Shown here: positions 1 through 7,931 of the stretch, one piece after another | Position numbering within the stretch: position 1 is the stretch's first letter | Layout of the letters: every line of letters begins with the position of its first letter | From: Spirochaetia bacterium | GTDB lineage: Bacteria; Spirochaetota; Spirochaetia; CADAEX01 | DNA length: 64,000 bases | Assembly (NCBI GenBank): GCA_963662795.1 | Contig: OY759746.1 | Location: 1,952,001 to 2,016,000, forward strand | Direction: 5' to 3' | Made by a program: the position numbers and the translations under genes | The notes under the pieces: model-generated | What the model was told of the DNA's origin: nothing | The model's database searches: none | Seen by the model: the letters and a program-made list of their open reading frames with translations, nothing else

Positions 1-98
1 AAAGAAAACGAAAACGAAAACGCTATAAATGTATATAAAAATGTTTGATTTGAAATAGAAACAGAATAAAAATATTACAGAGAAAATATAAAAATGGT

Positions 99-245
99 TT
101 TTAACATTCAATTGCACCTGAAACCACCTTTTGTCACGGTTTTTGCTTTTTATTGGAGTATAGTAATAAGCGATGACGCAAAAACACATGCCAAATCCTG
201 TCGCTACGCTCTAGACCGCTGGTACAGGGAATTGATGTGTTAAAT
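99..245. repeat. Classical (Treponema-type) attC site, inner tier
   Basis: TTTTAAC...TTTTGTCACGGTTTTTGC...GCCAAATCC...GTTAAAT imperfect palindrome. Confidence 0.65.
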
Positions 246-273
246 GCACTGGAATATTTAGAAAAGAGGAAAA

Positions 274-516
274 GTCCGGCCTTGGCGGTGCCGTGCGGCC
301 TGGACAAGAAGGGGTCGTACTGCATATAACAGCGGGTAAAACACTGCGCTCGCCGTAGCTCGCTTGGGCTCCGCCAAACATCGCAGCTGAAAATAAAAGT
401 AAAAGAACAAAACAGTTTTTGCTGAAGTATTCAGAAATTGCGATGCTTCGTTTACCCGCGGGACGTTAGCAGCAATGCCCCCGCCAAGAAAGAGGTGCGT
501 GCCGTCCTGGCACGCA
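274..516. repeat. Junction R1 (upstream arm unique; core alpha'; downstream arm C)
   Basis: GTCCGGCC..GGAC hairpin, TAAC 327-330, GTT 465, variant 5' hairpin TGCGTGCCGTCCTGGCACGCA. Confidence 0.9.
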
Positions 517-627
517 AGGAAACAGTGAAGTGCTGGTTCATTTATGAAACTGTAGATGTGTAAAATTGGAATTGCTGAGAAAAGGTTTGCAAACAGTATT
601 TGAGAAACTTTAAACAATTAAATGTTC

Positions 628-660
628 TTGCTTATAGTATAAACATAGTATATACTATAA
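628..660 (+). promoter_or_regulatory. sigma70 promoter with palindromic operator for mazEF
   Basis: TTGCTT-N17-TATACT overlapped by TATAGTAT...ATACTATA. Confidence 0.65.
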
Positions 661-676
661 ATAGAGGTTAAGCTTT

Positions 677-913
677 ATGGAAACTGTAATTAAGAAATGG
701 GGAAACAGTCTGGGCGTAAGAATACCAGGTTTTATAGTAAAAGATTTATCCTTAAAAGACGGCTCATTTGTAGAAATTGAGAAAGAGGAAGATAAAATAG
801 TCATAAAACAAAAGAATAAAATTAATTTAAAGGAAATGCTCAAGAACATAGATATTAATAATCTTCATGGCGAAATAGAAACAGAAGGTCCAGAGGGAAA
901 AGAAATATGGTAA
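677..913 (+). CDS. mazE: AbrB/MazE antitoxin
   Basis: KWGNSLGVRIP motif; overlaps toxin. Confidence 0.92.
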   Translation: METVIKKWGNSLGVRIPGFIVKDLSLKDGSFVEIEKEEDKIVIKQKNKINLKEMLKNIDINNLHGEIETEGPEGKEIW

Positions 914-1248
914 AGAAAGACTATGTTCCGGAAAGAGGAGATATTATCTGGTTAGACTTTCCACCACAATCAGGGCCTGAACAGAGGGGGAAAAGACCAG
1001 CAATTGTAATATCACCTAAGGAATATAATGAAAAAGTAGGACTTGGAATATTCTGCCCTATAACCAGTAAAGAAAAGGGTTATCCATTTGAAGTGAAGAT
1101 AGAAAGCAGGAAAATAGACGGAGTAATACTATCGGATCAGCTTAAAAGTCTTGATTGGAAAAGCAGGAATGCTGAGTTTATAGTAAAAGCAAAAAAAGAA
1201 GAAATGAAAGAAGTGATAGATAAAATCAGTGTATTGATATTTGAATAA
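907..1248 (+). CDS. mazF: MazF/PemK mRNA interferase toxin
   Basis: RGDIIWLDF..GPEQRGKRPAIVIS..CPITS..DQLKSLDW. Confidence 0.93.
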   Translation: MVKKDYVPERGDIIWLDFPPQSGPEQRGKRPAIVISPKEYNEKVGLGIFCPITSKEKGYPFEVKIESRKIDGVILSDQLKSLDWKSRNAEFIVKAKKEEMKEVIDKISVLIFE

Positions 1249-1264
1249 AGATCCCGGAATAAGA

Positions 1265-1554
1265 AATCAATCTGCCGTCCATGGCAGCTTGATTAAGGCG
1301 GGGGTCACTGCTGCTAACAGAGGATAATTCGCTGCGCTCGGAGTACCTCGCTTGGCCTGCGGCATATTTTGCTATCATTAAAACAGTTCAAATTATGTTT
1401 TTACTATATTTAAATGTATTCCCTAAAAGTATTATGTTGAAAAAGGTTTTAGCAAAACATCGCTTATCCTCGAGACGTTATGCGAAAGGCTGGCCGAAGA
1501 GGAATAGGCTGGGGGCGGGGGAGGGGAAGACGCCGCCGCACATCGTGTGCGCCG
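1265..1554. repeat. Junction R2 (C; alpha; D)
   Basis: TAAC 1315, GTT 1477. Confidence 0.85.
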
Positions 1555-1960
1555 AAGAAAAATTAATAAACTGTGATTTTTATAATCTGTAAGAGTGTTT
1601 GTATAAATTGCCATTATAAAAGCAGAAAAAATGAAAATATAATTTTATTTTAGCAGTTCCTTTCGTTTCATTTGATTATGGATTGGTTAATAAACAAAAA
1701 AAAATAAATCGCATAAAATGTAATATATTCTTGTAAATGAAAATTATTTGGGATAAAGGTGAAAATAAAACTCTTAAGCTTGAAAGATGTATTTCTTTCA
1801 AGATATTTGCGGATTTGATTCTGGGGCTAGTTATAAAGTTAATTTGCAAAATATTAACCTTGGAATATAGCTGATTATGATAATTTTCACCGTCTCACAC
1901 TTCCATGTGTTCGACGAAAACCGCCCCAGCCAAGAAGAGCCGGCCAGCCCATCGCATAAC
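1477..1960. other. ORF-less outer unit (arm D), copy 1
   Basis: Near-identical to 15590-16072; no conserved ORF. Confidence 0.8.
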
Positions 1961-2155
1961 AGCGAATGGCCGGTTCCTGCTGTTTCTAAGGAAACAGCCT
2001 CCACCCAAATTGCCGAAATAATTCATGTTAAGAATAATGGAATAGAGTATAAACTTTTGGAGTAAAAAACACCATCGGCAACTTCGGTCATTCGCGAGAC
2101 GTTATCCACAATATCATCGCAAGAGGCATCGCCCGGACCTCCGGCCAACGGGCGA
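1891..2155. repeat. Junction R3 (D; gamma; B)
   Basis: TAAC 1957, GTT 2101. Confidence 0.88.
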
Positions 2156-2229
2156 AGAAAATAGAATTTGCTGTATAATATACTTTATACATAACATATA
2201 TAGTTTTCTATTTATTTAATATGTTAGAA
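2156..2229 (+). other. attI-like leader (inner-tier insertion site)
   Basis: ATATATAGTTTTCT..TTATTTAATAT|GTTAGAA; GTTAGAA complements R'' TTCTAAC at 3203. Confidence 0.65.
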
Positions 2230-2314
2230 AGACCCTGCGGGCGGCAGAGAATAAATATCCTTTATGTCTTATTAAAAAAAGTCGATTCTTTATGGATACA
2301 TTGAAGGAGTCCTT

Positions 2315-3193
2315 ATGAAAAAAGTATTTTTTTTTGGTGTACTTGCAGGTTGTGTTTTCTCTGCATTAATTTTCATAGGTTATTATGCGGTAACAAACCG
2401 TTCTTCAAAGAATAATATTGTTTCTCCTGAAGTTCAACACCAGGTTATACAAAATATTCAAGACATAAACAAAATTCTGGATTTTGCGGATGATAGTCTT
2501 GCAGAGTATACGGACAATCTTATGGAAGTACGCGAAATATTATTAAATGCAGATGCCAAGAAATACATAAATAAGGAAGAAAAACAGAAGATTACCGGTT
2601 TATGTGAAAAAGGTCTTCAGATAATTGAAACAGCAAAGTTTAATACTCTTCCAGTATTTCATAATAATTGTGATGGAGAATACAACAGGGTTATTCCGGT
2701 AACGCTTGATGCTGCAAAACCAACATACAAACTTACCATATCGTGTATGAATTTTAATAGGAATGTAGTTAATGTATTTATTAATAGTTTAGCATCTGAA
2801 ACAGGATTAGAAAATAATATTGCTGAACTTGATAAAATAGTATCTGCCGTTACATTAGAACGCGCACAACTGGGTGCTTATAAAAACAGGCTTACACATT
2901 CTCTTGAAACAGCAGAGGTTTTATCAAAAAAAAATGCGAACGAGAGACAGACTGAAATAAACAGAATCATTCAAAAAATAAAAACTGAACAACTGGTTCT
3001 GAGCGTTCAAAGCGCTAATGGAATATATTGTTTTGAAGACAGACAACAAATTCAAGTAAACTTTGATGAACTGAATAATGAATTAAACAGAATTAATGCA
3101 TTCTCACAAAAAACAATTGCAAAGAATAACAATATTTCCTTACTCTCTCAGTCAGATGCTGAAAACGCAATGCTGTATCTTGTAAAAAAATAG
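2315..3193 (+). CDS. Membrane-anchored flagellin-domain protein
   Basis: N-terminal TM; RAQLGAYKNRL and SVQSANGIY..EDRQQIQV flagellin motifs. Confidence 0.7.
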   Translation: MKKVFFFGVLAGCVFSALIFIGYYAVTNRSSKNNIVSPEVQHQVIQNIQDINKILDFADDSLAEYTDNLMEVREILLNADAKKYINKEEKQKITGLCEKGLQIIETAKFNTLPVFHNNCDGEYNRVIPVTLDAAKPTYKLTISCMNFNRNVVNVFINSLASETGLENNIAELDKIVSAVTLERAQLGAYKNRLTHSLETAEVLSKKNANERQTEINRIIQKIKTEQLVLSVQSANGIYCFEDRQQIQVNFDELNNELNRINAFSQKTIAKNNNISLLSQSDAENAMLYLVKK

Positions 3194-3202
3194 CAATAAG
3201 AT

Positions 3203-3330
3203 TTCTAACAACTGCTTCAGCCTGATATTTTCTTTGTCACGATTTGTGCTAACTCGCTGCACTCGTCTTACGCACAAATCGCGCCAATCCGCTACGCGGC
3301 GCGAAAATACAGGTTAAGCAAATGTTAGAC
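3203..3330. repeat. Classical attC (inner)
   Basis: TTCTAAC-AACTG-CTTCAGCC...GGTTAAG-CAAAT-GTTAGAC. Confidence 0.85.
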
Positions 3331-3449
3331 AGACCCTTCGGGCAGATAAGAAAAAAACGCATTTCCGAAAGGAACCAAAAGGTGTTATACTTTGAGTGTG
3401 TTTGAATAAGCTTGAATACAGCCTTACAAAGACTAATTGGAGGTAAAGC

Positions 3450-3821
3450 ATGAATTTAGGAGCCTTTTCGGTTAGCTTAGCCGTAAAAAACATTGTTTCA
3501 TCAAAAGAATTTTATACAAAACTTGGATTTACTGAATTCGGGGGAGATATTAGTCAAAACTGGTTGATATTGAAAAATGGCGATTGTATTATTGGATTAT
3601 TCCAAGGTATGTTTGATGGTAATATATTAACATTCAATCCAGGATGGGATCAAAATTCAAATATTATTAACAACTACACAGATATAAGACTTATACAAGA
3701 AAAAGTGATTCAAAATGGAATAACACCTACTTCATTAGTAGAACAGGATAGTAAAGGACCTGCAAGCTTTACCTTAATAGATCCGGACGGTAATACAATT
3801 CTAGTCGATCAACACATTTAG
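3450..3821 (+). CDS. VOC/glyoxalase family protein
   Basis: SLAVKNI..SKEFYTKLGF; GPASFTLIDPDGN. Confidence 0.85.
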   Translation: MNLGAFSVSLAVKNIVSSKEFYTKLGFTEFGGDISQNWLILKNGDCIIGLFQGMFDGNILTFNPGWDQNSNIINNYTDIRLIQEKVIQNGITPTSLVEQDSKGPASFTLIDPDGNTILVDQHI

Positions 3822-3830
3822 AAACGAAAT

Positions 3831-3943
3831 GTCTAACAACGAGTTCGAGCGCGACAACCCTATGTCACGATTCTTGCTTTTCCGGCATTCGCCGGGCAAG
3901 AATCGTGACATTGAACGCGTTGCGGCTCAATTCAATGTTAAAA
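3831..3943. repeat. Classical attC (inner)
   Basis: GTCTAAC-AACGA-GTTCGAGC...GCTCAAT-TCAAT-GTTAAAA; long internal stem. Confidence 0.85.
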
Positions 3944-3961
3944 AAAATAGAAACGGGGGAA

Positions 3962-4253
3962 GTCCGGCCTTGGCGTTGCCGTGCGGCCCTGGACAAGAAG
4001 CGATGATACTGGTGGATAACAGCGATTATTTCGCTGCGCTCCCTTTGGTCGCTTGGGCTCCTGCCAGTTGAGCTGGCAGATCGCCATATTTTGTTTTCAT
4101 AAAACCAGAACGACATGTGTTTTATGCTTTTTATGTTTGAAAAATCAAATAAATGTATTTTAGAGTTTAGCAACAAAACATCGAATAATCGCGGGACGTT
4201 ATCCACAATGCCCCCACAAGATGCGATCGCCCGGACCTCCGGCCGACGGGCGA
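3962..4253. repeat. Junction R4 (B; beta; A)
   Basis: TAAC 4017, GTT 4198. Confidence 0.9.
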
Positions 4254-4288
4254 GGATATGCAGTATAATATTAGCTAAAGGAATATTG

Positions 4289-5191
4289 ATGACTATTCGA
4301 ATATTATATTTTTCAGGAACTGGTTGTACTAGATATGTTGCAAAAGTCTTTGAACAAGAAATATCCTCTAGAGGACATATTGTACAGGTACAAGAAATAC
4401 GAAATGGTATAATTTATAATACAGATCCTTGTGATTTATTAATTATCTGCTTTGTTGTGCATGCCGCTAATCCACCTCATGTGGTAATAGATTGGATTTC
4501 CAAGCATAAAAAAGTTCAAAATATACCTGCTGTTGTAATATCAGTTTCAGGTGGAGGAGAGGTAACTCCAAATTTGGCTTGTCGTGTTTCATTGAAGAAA
4601 AAGCTTGAAAAAAAACAATTTAAGGTTATATATGAAAAGATGTTAATCATGCCATCAAACTGGATTGTTTCAACAAAACCAATACTGATAAATATGTTAT
4701 TAAAAGTATTACCAAATAAAATAGCATTTATAGTTGAAGAAATTCTAACTGGAAAAACAAATAAAACGGTACCGAAAATAGGTAATAGAATATTATCATT
4801 TTTGGGTAAACTTGAAAATATAGGTGCAAAACAATTTGGAAAAAAAATAATTATAAATAAAAGTTGTAAAGGATGTTCTTTGTGTTCAAAAAAATGTCCG
4901 ATGGGAAATATAGAAATAATAAACAATAAACCAGAATTTAATAATAAATGCATTATGTGTTTGAATTGTTTATATATATGTCCTGAGAAAGCACTTGTTC
5001 CAGGAATTGCTAAATTTGTTCTCATTAAAGAAGGATTTAGCTTTGATGAGATACTTAAAAATCAAAAAGACCCAGGTAAGTTTGATATTAAAGCAGAAAC
5101 AAGGGGTTTCCTATGGGTAGGATTAAGAAGATATTTGCTGAATACAAAGGATATGTTGAATACTTCATATAATGTAAATCCAAACATCTGA
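4289..5191 (+). CDS. EFR1-family flavodoxin/4Fe-4S ferredoxin protein
   Basis: YFSGTG flavodoxin loop; two CxxCxxCxxxCP; start moved to ATG 4289 after AAGGA RBS. Confidence 0.85.
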   Translation: MTIRILYFSGTGCTRYVAKVFEQEISSRGHIVQVQEIRNGIIYNTDPCDLLIICFVVHAANPPHVVIDWISKHKKVQNIPAVVISVSGGGEVTPNLACRVSLKKKLEKKQFKVIYEKMLIMPSNWIVSTKPILINMLLKVLPNKIAFIVEEILTGKTNKTVPKIGNRILSFLGKLENIGAKQFGKKIIINKSCKGCSLCSKKCPMGNIEIINNKPEFNNKCIMCLNCLYICPEKALVPGIAKFVLIKEGFSFDEILKNQKDPGKFDIKAETRGFLWVGLRRYLLNTKDMLNTSYNVNPNI

Positions 5192-5253
5192 AAATTGTTT
5201 CTTCGTAAATTACCCTACAACATGAAACTGAAAAACGTTGACTAGAATATATG

Positions 5254-5280
5254 TACAGGTAGAGTAATTACCTGACAGTA
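5254..5280. repeat. Trailer hairpin CAGGTAGAGTAATTACCTG (first of 7 copies)
   Basis: Related copies at 22774, 33855, 40992, 43539, 55038, 62071, each just before a junction. Confidence 0.7.
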
Positions 5281-5286
5281 GAAGAA

Positions 5287-5562
5287 GTCCGGCCTTGGCT
5301 TCCAGCCGTGCGGCCTGGACAAGAAGTGGGGACACTGGTGGATAACAGAGGATAATGCGCTTCGCTCGGAGTCCCTCGCTTGGCCTGCGGCACATTTTAC
5401 TTTTTTTAAATTATGACAATTTTTGTTATATAGTTTTCAATTTTATCACTACGGATAAAAAATGTTTTTAGAGTTTGTGACGTAAAACGTCGCTTATCCT
5501 CAGGACGTTATCCACAATGCCCCCACAATAGAAAATCGCCCGGACCTCCGGCCGACGGGCGA
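5287..5562. repeat. Junction R5 (A; alpha; A)
   Basis: TAAC 5343, GTT 5507. Confidence 0.9.
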
Positions 5563-5587
5563 GAAAAAAACTTAAGGATTAGTAAAA

Positions 5588-6583
5588 ATGAATACAATAA
5601 TACTTCCAAATGTATTAGATGATGATGGAGCAATAAGTTTTGTAAATGACTTAAATAGTAGTCTTGAATATCCTGAAGTTCAAATATGTTTTAAGAATTT
5701 ATCATTTGTAAGACCTTTTGGTGTTTTAGTTTCAGCGGAAGCTTTTAAAGATTTTGTAAACAAACGTTCTATAAATGGTTTAAAAACATATTATATGGAT
5801 TCAGAATGGTTAAAAAGTAAAAATAGTGGAGCCATAAGTTATTTAAAATATTTTGGATTTTTTAAATATTGTGGAATACCTGTAGGTGAGGAGCCAAATA
5901 AAATATTTCATACCAGTACTTATTTCCCAATTCAAACAATTGAAAAAAATGATTTGGAACAAAAATCTTTAATTGGTAACTGGAGAAATGTAATAGAAAA
6001 AAAATGTTCTGAATTATCGAAATTAATTACTAAAGATGAAATTGCATATACATATTTAGATTATGCATTAAGAGAAATAATCAGGAATGTTTTTGAGCAT
6101 TCTAATGTTAATCAATGCAGTTTAATGGCTCAATGTTATGCTAATGATGAAATCGAAATAGCTGTTGCAGATAGAGGTATAGGTATACATAACACTTTAA
6201 AAGATAAATATAACGTAGATAATCCAATTGAATCTTTACTATTATCAATGGAACCTGGTGTTTCTCGTGTAAATGTTGAAGAAAGTAAGGGGGAATGGGG
6301 AAATAGTGGTTTTGGTCTATATATTCTCTCTGGTGTTGGAAAAGAATACGGTACATTTTCATTATTATCAAGTTGTGCATATGTCAGTTTATATAAAGAA
6401 GATCAAAAAATACTTGTTGATAGAAATTATTTTAATGGTACAGCAATAAAAGTAAGAGTTAAAAAAAGCTATTTAGAGTATTTTCCCAATTTGCGTAAAA
6501 AATTGATTGATGAAGGAGAAGAAAAGTATCTTGAAAGGTATGGAAAAAAGATTAGAGCTTCAGGTAAATCAAAAAAATCCTAA
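5588..6583 (+). CDS. STAS-like + GHKL/HATPase domain protein
   Basis: EIIRNVFEHS, DRGIGI, NSGFGL, GT boxes. Confidence 0.75.
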   Translation: MNTIILPNVLDDDGAISFVNDLNSSLEYPEVQICFKNLSFVRPFGVLVSAEAFKDFVNKRSINGLKTYYMDSEWLKSKNSGAISYLKYFGFFKYCGIPVGEEPNKIFHTSTYFPIQTIEKNDLEQKSLIGNWRNVIEKKCSELSKLITKDEIAYTYLDYALREIIRNVFEHSNVNQCSLMAQCYANDEIEIAVADRGIGIHNTLKDKYNVDNPIESLLLSMEPGVSRVNVEESKGEWGNSGFGLYILSGVGKEYGTFSLLSSCAYVSLYKEDQKILVDRNYFNGTAIKVRVKKSYLEYFPNLRKKLIDEGEEKYLERYGKKIRASGKSKKS

Positions 6584-6601
6584 TTAAAAAAGAGTTTTAT
6601 A

Positions 6602-6895
6602 GTCCAGCCTTGGCTCCGCCGTGCGGCTTGGACAAGAAGTGGGGGCACTGGTGGATAACAGCGGTTAAAGCGCTTCGCTCGGAGTACCTCGCTTGGGCTC
6701 CTGGCTGTTGAGCAGCCAGTTCGCCAAACAGCGTAGGATTTTGAACTGTAACTTTATAAAACAACAAGTTTTAAACGACAATAAATAAAAGCTTTGAGTT
6801 TTCTATTCTTCGCCTACGATGCTTCGCTTAACCGCGGGACGTTATCCACAATGCCCCCACAAGAGAAATCGCCCGGACCTCCGGCCGACGGGCGA
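6602..6895. repeat. Junction R6 (A; alpha'; A)
   Basis: TAAC 6656, GTT 6841. Confidence 0.9.
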
Positions 6896-6976
6896 GGATA
6901 CATAAATAAAAGTAAAAAATATTTCTATTGCTCACAAAACACGAAATATAAATAAAATCATCGAAGGAAAAGTAAT

Positions 6977-7459
6977 ATGGAAATAAATATTGAGACTTTT
7001 TTAGGACTTTCTAGTTTGTCGTGGTCAGCAGTTAGCTCAATGGCGACTGTCCTAGCAGTAATTATAGCATTATTTCTCCCTTTTTATGTGGATAAAAAAA
7101 AGAAAACTAATTTAATTAAGCTAATTGAAGAAGAGATTAATGCCAATGCAAAATTATTAAAAGATGCAGATATAATGAAAGACGGTAATTTTGATGGTAC
7201 ATCAATCAATAGATTGACCCTAATGTGTGCTCTATTAATTCATATTGATTATAGTGTGTGGAGTAATAATAATCAAACAATTGCCGAGATTTCAGCGAAG
7301 ACATTTTTGAAATATTCAGACATTATGAAAATGCTTGGCGTTATAAAGAAATATGCAATAGATTATCAAAAAACAAAAGGTATGGTACCAACATCTGTAT
7401 TTATTGATGTAACAGTTAAAAAATGTATTAAAGCAATTGCTGATAGGAAAATAACATAA
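6977..7459 (+). CDS. Hypothetical protein with N-terminal TM helix
   Basis: 160-aa ORF with RBS filling a unit. Confidence 0.7.
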   Translation: MEINIETFLGLSSLSWSAVSSMATVLAVIIALFLPFYVDKKKKTNLIKLIEEEINANAKLLKDADIMKDGNFDGTSINRLTLMCALLIHIDYSVWSNNNQTIAEISAKTFLKYSDIMKMLGVIKKYAIDYQKTKGMVPTSVFIDVTVKKCIKAIADRKIT

Positions 7460-7602
7460 AAATGAATGGTGATTATTTAGAAATAAATATTATTATAAGT
7501 TTTGCAGATAATCAATATCAGCTATAAAAAAATAATTTAATTACTATTAATAATTTTCTAAAATGTCAATTAAAAAATATTAGAAATATCTATACATAAT
7601 TC

Positions 7603-7875
7603 GTCCGGCCTTGGCTTCCAGCCGTACGGCCTGGACAAGAAGTGGGGGCACTGGTGGATAACAGAGGATAAAGCGCTTCGCTCGGAGTACCTCGCTTGGG
7701 CTTCGCCACACATCGTAGAGAGTGAACAACACCAACTATATACAACCAGTTTTAAAAGAAAAATAAAACAGCTTTGAATATCAATGCTTATCTTACGATG
7801 CGTCGCTTATCCTCAGGACGTTAGCAGCAATACGTCCCCAAGAGAACGCCGCCCGGACCTCCGGCCGACGGGCGA
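7603..7875. repeat. Junction R7 (A; alpha; E)
   Basis: TAAC 7659, GTT 7820. Confidence 0.9.
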
Positions 7876-7931
7876 AGAGGTAATGACAAGAATACGATAA
7901 AAATATATAAATATGTAATTGGGAGTCAACA

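Noticed and set aside
4-22. GAAAAC x3 tandem repeat
   Set aside because: Too short; probably low-complexity coding tail of a truncated upstream gene.
1507-1527. G-quadruplex in the ORF-less unit
   Set aside because: Only three long G-runs, one broken in copy 2; the G-run is explained by pairing with CCGCCCCAGCC.
4227-4253. GC hairpins as simple rho-independent terminators
   Set aside because: No U-tract on the + strand, and termination would not explain arm covariation. A minus-strand terminator role (hairpin then TTTTCTCTT) cannot be excluded.
4115-4288. Longer N-terminus of the ferredoxin ORF
   Set aside because: It runs through junction R4; an RBS and the domain start support ATG 4289.
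4198-5346. Units as IS/MITE composite transposons with terminal inverted repeats
   Set aside because: No target-site duplications or transposase. Ends are always GTT/AAC abutting attC-like cores, and the arms vary in sequence while conserving mismatches.
5254-5346. Hairpin/hammerhead ribozyme or group II intron remnant in the repeats
   Set aside because: Only superficial AGAA/GTC words; no intact catalytic core or domain V recognised. GNA triloops favour DNA structure. An Rfam search was not run.
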